Of a stretch of 64,000 bases of DNA, positions 37,952-47,989 are shown piece by piece (the stretch's first letter is position 1; every line of letters starts with the position of its first letter). The position numbers and the translations under genes were made by a program. The stretch is taken from assembly GCA_963830915.1 (NCBI GenBank), contig CAWHOE010000006.1:224001-288000 (forward strand), read 5' to 3'. The notes under the pieces are model-generated. The model did not search any database. It was given only the letters and a program-made list of their open reading frames with translations, and was not told where the DNA came from. This DNA comes from a candidate division FCPU426 bacterium (GTDB lineage Bacteria > Oederibacteriota > Muellerivitia > Muellerivitales > Muellerivitaceae).

Positions 37952-38416
37952 TTATTTTTTCCGGGTGTAGGTCCCTATTAATTCGGCCTTTCCAACTATG
38001 CGATTTTGGATGGCCCGTTCCACCTGGCTCTTCTTGGCTCCCGGCTCCAGGTCCAGCGTCTTTCCCACGGCGTACAGAGTGAAAATATATCGGTGCACGC
38101 CGCTCGGAGGACAAGGACCGCCGTAACCGATGGAATTGAAACTATTGAGTCCCTGGCAGGTTCCGTTGGAAAGATTCTTCAGGGTCGGAAGTCCTTCCCT
38201 GAGTTCGATAGGGCTGGGCGGCAGGTTATAGACCACCCAGTGGGTAAAGGTTCCGCCGGGGGCGTCCGGATCGTCGCAGATTAGGACCAGGGTTTTGGTC
38301 CCTTCCGGAAGGTCGGACCAGCGCAAGGTGGGTGACAGGTTTTCCCCGTCGCAGGTGAACCTGGGGTCCATCGGTTCGCCATTCTTGAAAGAAGGACTCT
38401 CTAATTGGAACGCCAA
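37952..38416 (-). CDS. YbhB/YbcL family (PEBP) protein, cytoplasmic
   Basis: SPSF, TCDG.N.SP.L.W, DPDAPGGTFTHWV, GYGGPCPP, HRY.F. Confidence 0.93.
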   Translation of the reverse strand: MAFQLESPSFKNGEPMDPRFTCDGENLSPTLRWSDLPEGTKTLVLICDDPDAPGGTFTHWVVYNLPPSPIELREGLPTLKNLSNGTCQGLNSFNSIGYGGPCPPSGVHRYIFTLYAVGKTLDLEPGAKKSQVERAIQNRIVGKAELIGTYTRKK

Positions 38417-38471
38417 TTCCGCCTCCCTAACCTGTTTGTGCGTGGATCGTCAAATCCCGCGTCCAACTTTT

Positions 38472-38981
38472 TCATTCTATTCCAAACGCCGTCCGGTAGG
38501 TTTTAAATGTTTCGCCGTCCAGACAGGCCATGATGACCTTGGAGATAACGTCGTTCTTTTTTAAGAAGTACTGGATCTCATAACGGGCTATCTCCGAGGC
38601 TCTTTTAAGGGGAAACCGGAAAGCACCCGTACTGATGGAAGGAAAAGCCACCGTTTTGAAACCCCGATGGGACGCGGTTTGAAGGCAAATCCGGTAACAA
38701 TGAGCCAATAAAGATTCTTCCTGTTGGCCACCCCCCCGCCAGACCGGGCCCACCGTATGGATGACCCACTTCGCCGGAAGTTTGTAACCGCCAGTGACCT
38801 TGCACTGTCCAGTTTTACAGCCGCCCAAAGTCCGGCATTCGGCCAAAAGGGCCGGTCCGGCCGCCTTATGGATCGCCCCGTCCACCCCGCCCCCGCCCAA
38901 TAAAGTCTCATTGGCCGCGTTAACAATGGCGTCCACGACCAATTGGGTAATGTCAGCTTGAATGACCTCGACCCGTTCCAT
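38472..38981 (-). CDS. Macrodomain protein (O-acetyl-ADP-ribose deacetylase, YmdB-like)
   Basis: ADIT, DAIVNAANETLLGGGGVDGAIHKAAG, VIHTVGPVW, AFPSISTGAF. Confidence 0.95.
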   Translation of the reverse strand: MERVEVIQADITQLVVDAIVNAANETLLGGGGVDGAIHKAAGPALLAECRTLGGCKTGQCKVTGGYKLPAKWVIHTVGPVWRGGGQQEESLLAHCYRICLQTASHRGFKTVAFPSISTGAFRFPLKRASEIARYEIQYFLKKNDVISKVIMACLDGETFKTYRTAFGIE

Positions 38982-38988
38982 CAAGACC

Positions 38989-39408
38989 TCATCGAACCCT
39001 GGCCGCGTAGACTCCCAAGCAGGCGTCGGAAACGACCTTGAACCCCGCCCTCTCCAACTTGGCCTCCGCCTCGGGATGGGAGATGCCGGTCTGGAGCCAG
39101 ACGACCTTGGGTCGGATAGCCTCGGGGAGGGCAATGATCTCGTCGGCGAGTTCAGGGATGGCTTCGCTTCGCCGGAACACGTCCAGGATATCGGCCTTGA
39201 CCGGCAGATCCTTGAGGGCCGGGTAGGCTTTTTCCCCCAGGGAGGACTGGATGGCCGGATTCACTGGAAAGATCCTCATCCCCAACTGTTTCAATCGAAA
39301 AGGAATCTGATAAGCGGGGCGGTCCATTTTCTTTTCATCTTGCATCCCATAAACCGCGACGGTCTTGGCTTCCTTGACGATGGTTTGGATGTCACTTTCA
39401 CTCAGCAC
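38989..39408 (-). CDS. CoA-binding protein (YccU-like)
   Basis: TVAVYG, PVNP, DILDVFR, VWLQTGI, VVSDAC; GTG start with GGAGA RBS. Confidence 0.88.
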   Translation of the reverse strand: MLSESDIQTIVKEAKTVAVYGMQDEKKMDRPAYQIPFRLKQLGMRIFPVNPAIQSSLGEKAYPALKDLPVKADILDVFRRSEAIPELADEIIALPEAIRPKVVWLQTGISHPEAEAKLERAGFKVVSDACLGVYAARVR

Positions 39409-39419
39409 GGGGTCTTCTC

Positions 39420-39845
39420 CTAGAGAGGGGTATAGAGGACATAAAGCATCACATAGACCACCACCCCTGTGACGGACACATAAAGCCAAATGGGAAAAGT
39501 GATCCTGGCTATTTTTTTGTGTCTTTCAAACTCACCCCGGAGGGCGCGAACGATCGTGGCGATGGCCAGGAACGGTACCGCCGCGGCCAGGATGGTATGG
39601 GTGACCAGGATGAAAAAATAGACCGGCCTGATCCAACCTTGACCGGAGAAATGGACCACTCCATTGTGCGCGTGATAGGTCAGGTAACAGACTAGGAAGA
39701 GGACCGAGATCAAGAAAGCTGTTCCCATGCAGGCTTTGTGGGCTTTCAATCGCTTATGGCGGATGAACCAGAAACCGATGAGTAGAAAAACACCGCTTAA
39801 ACCGTTCAGGGCGGCGTTCAGGGCGGGAAACATCGAATAATTCAT
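39420..39845 (-). CDS. DUF420 (YozB/CtaM-like) membrane protein, oxidase-assembly associated
   Basis: PALNAALN, HKACM, FL..YL.YH, HKKIAR.TFPIWLYVSVTGVVVY. Confidence 0.92.
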   Translation of the reverse strand: MNYSMFPALNAALNGLSGVFLLIGFWFIRHKRLKAHKACMGTAFLISVLFLVCYLTYHAHNGVVHFSGQGWIRPVYFFILVTHTILAAAVPFLAIATIVRALRGEFERHKKIARITFPIWLYVSVTGVVVYVMLYVLYTPL

Positions 39846-39870
39846 GTCGGTTCCCTGTCCTCTCCGGCGT

Positions 39871-40503
39871 TCAAGATTTATCCTTGGAACTCATGAGAAA
39901 ATGGATGTCCCTCTGGAGTTTATGGACATCCCCTTCTTCGTCCCCATTATACAAACCCCGGATCATGCCATTGGCGTCCACCAGGATCATTCGGGTGGAA
40001 TGGACGAACTCGAACCCCTTGGGTTCATCCGGATCCTTCTCCGCCGTGACCTGAAAACCTTTCTGGATCACGTCATAGACATCCGCTTTTTCCCCGGTCA
40101 AAAAGGTCCATTGGTCCGGATCGGCTTGCAATCCCTCCGCGTATTTTTTCAACACCGAAGGCTTGTCATATTCCGGATCCACCGAGATGGAAACCAACTT
40201 GAGATCGTCATTACCTTTCCATTGAACCTGGAGTTGTCTCATCTTGCCGCTCAAGAGAGGACAGGACCCGGCGCACCGGGTGAAAATGAAATCCACCACC
40301 CAGACCTTCCCTTTCAAGGTATCGCTCGAGAACTTTTTTCCTTCCTGGTCAAGAAGGGAAAACGCGGGAGCTGACCGCTGGGCCTTTAGGAATCGATCGG
40401 ATGGCCCGTTCTTCGAGACGCGCAGGCCCCATAAGGCCAAAAGGGCAAAAGCCAAGGCCATGACCAACCATAATTCCCAACGGTTCTTGCGTTCCATGCT
40501 CAT
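39871..40503 (-). CDS. SCO family copper chaperone
   Basis: DFIFTRCAGSCP (CxxxC), SISVDPEYD, conserved HS. Confidence 0.94.
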   Translation of the reverse strand: MSMERKNRWELWLVMALAFALLALWGLRVSKNGPSDRFLKAQRSAPAFSLLDQEGKKFSSDTLKGKVWVVDFIFTRCAGSCPLLSGKMRQLQVQWKGNDDLKLVSISVDPEYDKPSVLKKYAEGLQADPDQWTFLTGEKADVYDVIQKGFQVTAEKDPDEPKGFEFVHSTRMILVDANGMIRGLYNGDEEGDVHKLQRDIHFLMSSKDKS

Positions 40504-41255
40504 TTCTTCACTTTGCTTTTTTCAACGACCAGGGAAGAAAGGAAATAAAGCAAAAAACCCGTTCCCAAAAGAACGGTAATACAAAGGGACATGGAGGGAA
40601 GCGGTCCAAAATCCTGGGTGGGGAACATGCCCCGTCTAACACCAGCCACCCCATAGGTGAAGGGGTTGATTATCATCAGGGTCCTCATCCAGGACGAGGG
40701 GCTGGCGGCGAAAACCGCTCCCGAAGCCATCCATAACGGTAAAAGGACCAAATTCATGATGGTATGGAACCCCGGGATGGAGTCGATCTTCCAGGCCAGC
40801 CAGAAACCCGCGGCGTTCAGGACGAAGGAAAGGAGGAAAAGGCAAAGGACCAGCCCCAGGAAAGGGAGCGCTTGGAAAGTGGCCCCGACCGTGAGGGCGA
40901 AAGGAAGAACGATCAGCCCCTGAAGAGTGGAAAGAATGGCCCCGCCCATGATCTTACCCATCACGATGGCTCCCCGGGATACGGGCGCCACCATCACCGA
41001 TTGAAGAAAACCCGCCTGGCGATCCTCGATGACTGAGGCGTTGGAGAAAATGCAAGTGAACATGACGCTCATGATGATGGTGCCCGGAAGGAAATAAGCG
41101 CTGTAATTGTTGCCCGCGACCCCGCTGATCCCCGTGCCCAGCACCAGCCAAAACAACACGGCGGTCCCGACCGCGCCAACCACCCGACTGGGCTGGCGGT
41201 AGAACCTCACCAACTCCCTTTGGCAAAGGGTATAAACGGTCATCCAAAAGATCAT
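40500..41255 (-). CDS. ABC-2 type exporter permease
   Basis: Six TMs, IEDRQAGFLQSVMVAPVSR, NPFTYGV. Confidence 0.92.
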   Translation of the reverse strand: MIFWMTVYTLCQRELVRFYRQPSRVVGAVGTAVLFWLVLGTGISGVAGNNYSAYFLPGTIIMSVMFTCIFSNASVIEDRQAGFLQSVMVAPVSRGAIVMGKIMGGAILSTLQGLIVLPFALTVGATFQALPFLGLVLCLFLLSFVLNAAGFWLAWKIDSIPGFHTIMNLVLLPLWMASGAVFAASPSSWMRTLMIINPFTYGVAGVRRGMFPTQDFGPLPSMSLCITVLLGTGFLLYFLSSLVVEKSKVKK

Positions 41256-41301
41256 TTAGAGCTCCTTGGGCATTGGCAGGAAGGGGGTGTTTTTAAGGGA
41301 A

Positions 41302-42234
41302 TCATGATTCCCTTTCTTCCTGGAGCCTTCGGCCCGTGCGGTGGATGAAAACATCCTCCAGGGTGGGCAAACCCAGCGTAAGGGAAAGCACCTGTTCCGG
41401 GAATGTCTCCAGTAAAGCCGGGACCAGGTTATGGGCCTTGGGTTGTTCCACCTGGATGAGCCCGCCGACCAAAACAGCTTTCACCTTGAGCTTTTGTTCA
41501 AGCTGGGGGATCAAGGCTTGGGGATCTTTGGCCCTGATCCGTAGCACTTCCCCGCCGATCTCCGCCTTCAATTGTTCAGGATTGCCCAGGGCCACTTTCT
41601 CGCCTTGGTCCAGGATGAGTAGGCGGTCGCAGCGGTCGGCCTCCTCCAGGTAATGGGTGGTCACCAAAACTGTGGTGTTATTCTCTTTCCGAAGGGTTTC
41701 CAGGTGGTTCCAAAATTCCTTCCTGGCCGCCGGGTCAAGGCCGGTGGAGGGCTCGTCCAGGATCACCAACTCCGGATCGTTCAACAGGGCCTTGGCCAGT
41801 TCAACCCGGCGTTGAAGCCCGCCCGAAAGGGTTTCGACCCGGTCCTTCTTGCGATCCGTCAGGCCCAGTCTTTTCAGATCCCGGTCGATCCGGCCGTCCA
41901 GTAACCCGCCTGACAGGCCGTACAGATGGCCCTGATGCCAGAGGTTCTCACCCACCGTGAGTTTCTTGTCCAACGCCGGCATTTGAAAGACGATCCCCAT
42001 CTTGGCCCGAATGGCGAGGGTATCGGTCGACAGATCCAAACCGAACATCTTTACCTGGCCCGGTCGGCATGAGAAGAGGGTTGAAAGTACCTTGAAGGTC
42101 GTGGTCTTGCCGCCGCCATTGGGGCCAAGGAATCCGAATATCTCCCCTCGGTTCACGGAGAAACTCAGGTCCTTCAATGCGGTCTTGTCCCCATAGTGGT
42201 AGCTTAAGCCGGTCACTTCGATCAAGGGTTCCAT
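41302..42234 (-). CDS. ABC transporter ATP-binding protein (DrrA-like)
   Basis: GPNGGGKTT, LSGG, LDEP, TTHY. Confidence 0.95.
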   Translation of the reverse strand: MEPLIEVTGLSYHYGDKTALKDLSFSVNRGEIFGFLGPNGGGKTTTFKVLSTLFSCRPGQVKMFGLDLSTDTLAIRAKMGIVFQMPALDKKLTVGENLWHQGHLYGLSGGLLDGRIDRDLKRLGLTDRKKDRVETLSGGLQRRVELAKALLNDPELVILDEPSTGLDPAARKEFWNHLETLRKENNTTVLVTTHYLEEADRCDRLLILDQGEKVALGNPEQLKAEIGGEVLRIRAKDPQALIPQLEQKLKVKAVLVGGLIQVEQPKAHNLVPALLETFPEQVLSLTLGLPTLEDVFIHRTGRRLQEERES

Positions 42235-42267
42235 GAGTCCGTTCTTTTCCTCGTTCTTTTGGGGCGG

Positions 42268-43128
42268 TCAGATCTTATTCAAGGCCATGGCGATGAAAAG
42301 CAGGGGCAGATAGATGATGGATACCAGGAAAAGTTTCCGGGCCTGGGTCAAGGTCCTCATCCTCACCAACCCCGCGCTGAACCACAAGAAGAACAAACTT
42401 AACACAAGGGCGATCCAAAAATATACCGGCCCGGTCATTTTCAGGTAGGTGGGCAACAACGAGATGGGAAGCAATGCCATGGCGTAAACCACCGCTACCC
42501 ATCCGGTGGTTTCACCCTCCGGATCGATGACCGACAGCATGGGAAAACCGGCTTTGGCGTAATCCTCCCGATAGATCCAACCGATCGAAAGGAAATGGGG
42601 CATTTGCCAGAAGAAGAGGATGGAAAAAAGGGTCCAACCCTCGAATCCGATCTGGTTCTGGACCGCCGCGTAACCCATCAAGGGAGGCATGGCCCCGGGA
42701 ATGGCCCCCACCACGGTGCATAAGGAAGTGATCTTCTTAAGGGGGGTGTAAAAGACGATATAACTGACCAAAGCCGTCATGCCCAGATAAGAGGTCAATT
42801 CATTGACTTGATAAAGAAGTATCCAAAGGCCGAAGACCGATAGGACCAGCCCGAACCAGAAAGCCTGTCGGGAAGGAAGCCTCCCCGCTGGGAGGGGCCG
42901 GGACTTGGTACGGTTCATCCTGCCGTCCGATTCCACCTCGAACCATTGGTTCAAGACCCCGCAGCCCGCCGCCACACCGACCGAACCCAGTAAGGTGAAG
43001 AGAAGTAACCGGCCATTCAAGGGACCGGTACTTCCCATGTAAAAGCCCGCCAGGGTGGTGAAGATGGCGAGAAGGTTCAATCGGGGTTTGGTCAGGGAGA
43101 TGAAATCCTTGAGACGGTCGTTCTTCAA
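42268..43128 (-). CDS. ctaB: Heme o synthase (protoheme IX farnesyltransferase)
   Basis: LTKPR, D..M.RT..RPLP.G, YT.LK, GAIPGA.PPLMG, WQMPHF..I...YREDY. Confidence 0.95.
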   Translation of the reverse strand: MKNDRLKDFISLTKPRLNLLAIFTTLAGFYMGSTGPLNGRLLLFTLLGSVGVAAGCGVLNQWFEVESDGRMNRTKSRPLPAGRLPSRQAFWFGLVLSVFGLWILLYQVNELTSYLGMTALVSYIVFYTPLKKITSLCTVVGAIPGAMPPLMGYAAVQNQIGFEGWTLFSILFFWQMPHFLSIGWIYREDYAKAGFPMLSVIDPEGETTGWVAVVYAMALLPISLLPTYLKMTGPVYFWIALVLSLFFLWFSAGLVRMRTLTQARKLFLVSIIYLPLLFIAMALNKI

Positions 43129-43200
43129 ACGTTGGTCCTTCCTGAGTTCGGATACCGAATGTTCTTCATCATAACGCTTTCGATCGGGGAAACGGCTTCT

Positions 43201-44133
43201 TTACGCCTTTGATGCCGCTGGCTTTTTGAAAATTTGAAAACTTTTCAGGGTCAATACCACCATGGAGGCCAGGACCGCCGCCCCGACGATGACGTGGACC
43301 GAGGTCGGCACCACATCCTTCCCTGACTCGATGACCAGGACGCCTAAAAAACATTGAAGCCAGACCAAGAGTCCGGCGCTGGCCGCGGGCCAGAAAAGGG
43401 ACCTTTCTTCTTGGTATTGTTGGCAAACTCGGAAGGAAACAAGGGTCACCAGGATCAGGACGACCAAGGCCCCTAACCTATGGCAAAAGTTGACGAGGAT
43501 GGGAAAGGACCATTCAGGCGGCAGGACTTGCCCAAAACTGGTCGGAAAATCCGGGATGGCCAGGCCAGCCCCGCTATGGCGCATGACGGCTCCCAGGATG
43601 ATCTGGACATAGACCGCGGCTGTGGTAACCAGGCTTAGGGTCGGGACCTGAAAGGTCCCCGGAGCCAATCGTTCTTGTTTCTCGTCCAGCCAATTCCTGG
43701 AAGTTACCAGGGTCAAACTCACGACCAGGACAAAAAATATCTGGGCCAAGCCCGCGTGACCCACCGAAACCGCCGTGGGAAGATGCATCAGCACCGTCAC
43801 CCCGCCCAGGACCGCCTGGAGCACCACCGCCCCCAGGGCCCACCAGGCTAATTTCTTAACCCAATCCCTCGTTTCCACTCTTTGGGTGATGAAAGCCAGG
43901 ATGGTCATCAGTATCGCCACCGTACCAGCGACCATCCGGTGCCCATGCTCATAAAAGACACCACCCGTCATGGGCGGGAAAAACTTTCCGAAGGATAATG
44001 GCCAATCCGGCACGGCCAGGCTGGAACCAGTGCTTGTGACCAGCGCTCCTGCCAACAACAGGAAAAAAGTACAGCCCGCCGTCACGAACGCGAACCGATG
44101 CAGATCTGGATGGTAGACAGGATTCTGGTTCAT
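43201..44133 (-). CDS. ctaA: Heme A synthase (COX15/CtaA family)
   Basis: GALVTSTGS.LAVPDWP, EHGHR, LGG.TV...SVGH, HRLGA, TSVHV; GAGGAG RBS before ATG 44133. Confidence 0.9.
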   Translation of the reverse strand: MNQNPVYHPDLHRFAFVTAGCTFFLLLAGALVTSTGSSLAVPDWPLSFGKFFPPMTGGVFYEHGHRMVAGTVAILMTILAFITQRVETRDWVKKLAWWALGAVVLQAVLGGVTVLMHLPTAVSVGHAGLAQIFFVLVVSLTLVTSRNWLDEKQERLAPGTFQVPTLSLVTTAAVYVQIILGAVMRHSGAGLAIPDFPTSFGQVLPPEWSFPILVNFCHRLGALVVLILVTLVSFRVCQQYQEERSLFWPAASAGLLVWLQCFLGVLVIESGKDVVPTSVHVIVGAAVLASMVVLTLKSFQIFKKPAASKA

Positions 44134-44144
44134 ATTTCTCCTCG

Positions 44145-44180
44145 AAAAAAAGATGGCCCCAGAGGACTCCCCAGGGCCAT
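44145..44180 (-). terminator. Terminator or attenuator between the bc-complex operon and ctaA
   Basis: ATGGCCC...GGGCCAT stem followed by T7 on the minus strand. Confidence 0.65.
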
Positions 44181-44224
44181 GGATGTTCATATCAAAACCG
44201 CACGGATTATCGATTTTTCCTTTT

Positions 44225-44995
44225 TTACTGCGCAGTGAAGATGAAGTCGACCGACTTGGTCTCCCCGTCCTTGATGTCCACCTTTTGTGGGGCTGACTCG
44301 CCGTATTTTTCCTGCCAGGCCACCAGGGTGTAACTTCCCGCCGGGAGGGAGGAGATCTTATAAGTCCCATCGGCAGCCGTCACATTGAAGAACGGATGGC
44401 TGAAAACCCCCCCGAAACAATGCATCCAGCTATGGACATCGCATTTGAACTTCACCGGCATCTCCGGCTTGGTGAACTTTTTCTCGGTCTTCATGCCCTG
44501 ACTGGGCTGACCCACGTTGAAAGCGTCATTGATCGACGGCATGGCGTGGACGTTGTGCAGGGTCGGATCGTCATTGACGATCTCCAAGGGCTGGTTGACC
44601 TGTATCCCGAACACATGAGGGGTATACATACAACCGTGCTGGGTCAGGGTGACGCCTGTGGAGGGGGCCGGATAGCTTCCAGACACATCCTTGGTATAGA
44701 CCAGGACATTGGCCAGATCGTTCTTCGCGTCCACCACGACCGTCTCATCCTTGACCGAGCCTGAGTGCTGGGATTTACACACGGGGTCCGCGTCCATCGC
44801 GATGAGTTCGGCTTTCGGCGCCCCGCCTTTCAAGGTGACCTTGCCGGAAATGACCCCAGTGCCCAGTTTAGCGGCTGACGCGGAGCCGGTATTACCGCCT
44901 CCCATCGCGTCGAGGTCATCATCGCTGTTCTTTCCGCAGCCAGCGGTCATTAGACCCGCCGCCAGAATGAACACCAGGTAGTGTCTTAAATTCAT
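44225..44995 (-). CDS. Lipoprotein with carboxypeptidase-regulatory-like and cupredoxin-like domains
   Basis: TAGC lipobox; GC.Y.PHV, N.D.TLHNVH, KCDVHSWM (His/Cys/His/Met ligand set), G.YTL.AW.E. Confidence 0.8.
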   Translation of the reverse strand: MNLRHYLVFILAAGLMTAGCGKNSDDDLDAMGGGNTGSASAAKLGTGVISGKVTLKGGAPKAELIAMDADPVCKSQHSGSVKDETVVVDAKNDLANVLVYTKDVSGSYPAPSTGVTLTQHGCMYTPHVFGIQVNQPLEIVNDDPTLHNVHAMPSINDAFNVGQPSQGMKTEKKFTKPEMPVKFKCDVHSWMHCFGGVFSHPFFNVTAADGTYKISSLPAGSYTLVAWQEKYGESAPQKVDIKDGETKSVDFIFTAQ

Positions 44996-45158
44996 TTCTC
45001 TCTCCTCTGTGGTCGAACTTTCCTAGACCGAGCCCGAAGACCCGATCAGGCTTGAACCGAAAAATACTTTAGCCCTGGGAAACCTTGATTGCAAGCTGGG
45101 ACAATGGGACAAAGAAGGCTCTAAATCACTCCCATTAGGGGGAGTGAAGAAGCCTCTA

Positions 45159-47958
45159 TTACATACCCTTCCCCAGCATGAAGAGATAATCCCGGAGGGC
45201 TTCCCGCTGTTTAGGGGAATCCCCATGGAAATATTGGGGAACGGGCGAGGTTTCCTGGGGCCAGAACCCGGGCATCCGGGTCCCCGGCATCAGATCATCC
45301 GGGTTCTTGAGCCAAAGGACGATCCAATCAGGCTTGAGCCTCTCATGCACTTTCAAAAGATCCGGGGCGGCCGAATTGAGGTCGGGCGGTATCTTGTCGC
45401 CCAACACGTGGCACTTCTGGCACTGCAACTTGGCGAACATGGCCTTGGCTTGGATCAGGTCATTACCCTTCAGCTTCTGGGTCGTCACCTTCTGGAAGGG
45501 ATATATCTGGTTGTCGTTAAGGTTGAAATAAGTGATGACTTTACTGACATCCTCGTCCGACCAGCGGAAGCTGGGCATGCGGATGTGCAGCCAGGGCCGG
45601 ATGGGATGGACATTCGTGAGGAAGTCATGGAACCACTCGATCTGGACCTTGGACCCTTCCTTGCGGAGGTTGGGCGGGGCCAGGGAGAAATCCATGCCTT
45701 CTTTCTCGTACATTTCCCGTATCTTGCCGCCCTGATCCTCGATCAGATGGCAGCCGCGGCAATTGAACTTGGCGATGACCCGGCGGCCCTGTTCCAGCAA
45801 GGGGCCATTGCCATGGATCCCGGCCGTCATCTCATCAGGCACGTAGGTGTTGGTGAGGCCCAAGACCGCGGTCACGATGGCGTCCCGCTCATCGACCGAC
45901 AAATAGAAATTGGGCATCTTCAAGCGGTCCTGGAAGGCCTGGACCTTGTCCTTATCGAATTGCCGGGGATTGGAAAGCTTGGCGTTGATGAAAGCGTCGT
46001 GGGTATGGGCCACATCGGTGAACCCGAAGTCGATCTGGCTGAGCTGTTTGGAGCCCCACTCGGAAAGCTCGGTGCCGATGCCCTGGGCCGTCTCGAAACC
46101 CTGGATCATATGACAGCCGAAACAACCGTACTTGGTGATGCTCTTCTGCCCTAACAAGAGTTCTTTGGCGTCGTCGGTCATACCGGCCACTTGCTCTCGG
46201 GCCGACTTCTCACCCTGCTGGACCTTGAGGTAATCCACCAACAGCTGGTCCCTAACCGCCGGATCGGCCTGGGGCGGGGTCGTGGACTCGAAATCCTTGT
46301 TGCGCTTGCTCATCAGGTAGGCCGTGATATCGGAGGCTTCCTGCGCAGACAGGCGCAGGTTGGGCATGCGGGTATCCGGATCGTAATGTTTGGGATCGCG
46401 TATCCAGGTATAGACCCAGGACGGGGAAAGTTTGCTTCCCGCCGCCGAAAGGTCCGGCGCGAAATTGGCGTGGTAGCTGGCGACATCGTTCATCCCGTGG
46501 CAGGCCACGCAGCCGACTTCCTTGAAAAGTTTCTTGCCGTTGGAGACGCTTCCCCGGCCCGGGAGCTTCCTTGGGTTGATAATCAGCGGACCGGGTGAAA
46601 AGATAATTCACGATAGCGGTCATCTCGGTCTTGGTCTTGGCCAGGCCTTCCTCATCCGAGTTGTTCGTCTGCTGGAAGTAGCTGGGCATCTTGGCTTCAG
46701 GATTGAATGACTTGGGCGCCCAGACCCATTTGAGCACGAACTCTTTCTTAAGCTTTCCCTTCACCTTCAGCAAGTTCGGTCCGGCCTTGGGCATGTTCTC
46801 CAGGTTCTTGACCTTGTGGCAACCGACACAGCCCCGCACCACCATCAATTCCCGGCCTTTATCCAGCTTGGGGGCGAAATTCACGTGTTGCTGGGTACCG
46901 TGGCACTTCAAACAGGAACCCTCCGTATATTTCAGGGGGAGCATGGGAACAGGAACGCCTTCAGGCTCTTTCCAGTTGTATTTAACGGTCCAGACCTTGG
47001 CCTGGTCCTCGTCGTTGGGAACATGGGCGCAGGTATTGAAATTGACCGCTTGGCCCACACCGCCATGACAGACGGTACAACCGATCTTGTTCAAGGGATG
47101 GGGGCTGGAAGCTCCCAGATAAAGGTCCAACTTGGGGTGGGTGCGGAAAGGCTGGGGCGCGTCCTCGAAGCCTTTTTGGTCGATGGCCAAATGGCAGGTG
47201 ATACAACGATCCACTCGCATGGTCTTGGCGAAATAGAGATCCTCCGGCAGGTTCTTCAACACGATCTGTTTGACCTGGATGGTGGGGGACATGAAATCCA
47301 GCAGCATGGCGTTACGGAACATGAAGAGGAAGTCGAAATCCAGGTTATGGAATTTGGTCCTCAGCAGGGTCAAATTGGCCGTGAGCTTTTTGATCTGGTC
47401 CTTGGCGTCATCCCTTTTGGCCGAAAGGTCGGCCAGTTTCTGGAGGATCTGATCCTGGGCCTTCTTGAGTTCGAACACCTTCTGGTTCAGGGCGCTGGCC
47501 TCATCCACCAGATCGTCTATCTTCTTCTTCAATCCGGAGTTTACTTTGCCTTCTTTCAAGAAGTGCTCGGAATAATCGTACTTGGCCGCGTCGATCTGCG
47601 CCCTCTCCAAGAGATAATCCTTGTTGAATTTGTAGATCTGGGCGTCCAGCTTGCCTTGTTGGTCTTCCAGATCGCTGATCTCGCGTGTATGGGTTTCCAG
47701 TTCCTTGGAGGCGTCGCTAAGCTGGGTTTTCAGTTGGTTGACCTGGTTCCAATCCACCTCGTTCTTGGCCTCGGCGTAACTTTCCTTGATGCGGCTACGT
47801 TGAAGGTGCATGAACTTGCGCTGGTAATCCTTCCAGGGACGGCTGTAATCCAGCCAGGCCATGGCGATGACGCAAGCCAACAGCCCCAGGCTGGCCCAAA
47901 GGAATACTTTGGTCAGGGTATTAACGTTGTAGACCCGTTCGTCTTTGACTTCAGCCAA
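45159..47958 (-). CDS. Membrane-anchored multiheme (8 CxxCH) cytochrome c of the Rieske/cyt b complex; frameshifted as assembled
   Basis: ORFs 46252-47958 and 45159-46508 join if one base is removed from the C4 run at about 46552-46555; motifs CITCH, CTVCH, CLKCH, CVGCH, CVACH, CFGCH, CRGCH, CQKCH. Confidence 0.88.
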
Positions 47959-47989
47959 GGCTTGTTCCTTTACGGACCCTTTTTTGGTC

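Noticed and set aside
46545..46560. Programmed ribosomal frameshift in the multiheme cytochrome
   Set aside because: No slippery heptamer; the same indel pattern in three unrelated genes points to sequencing error.
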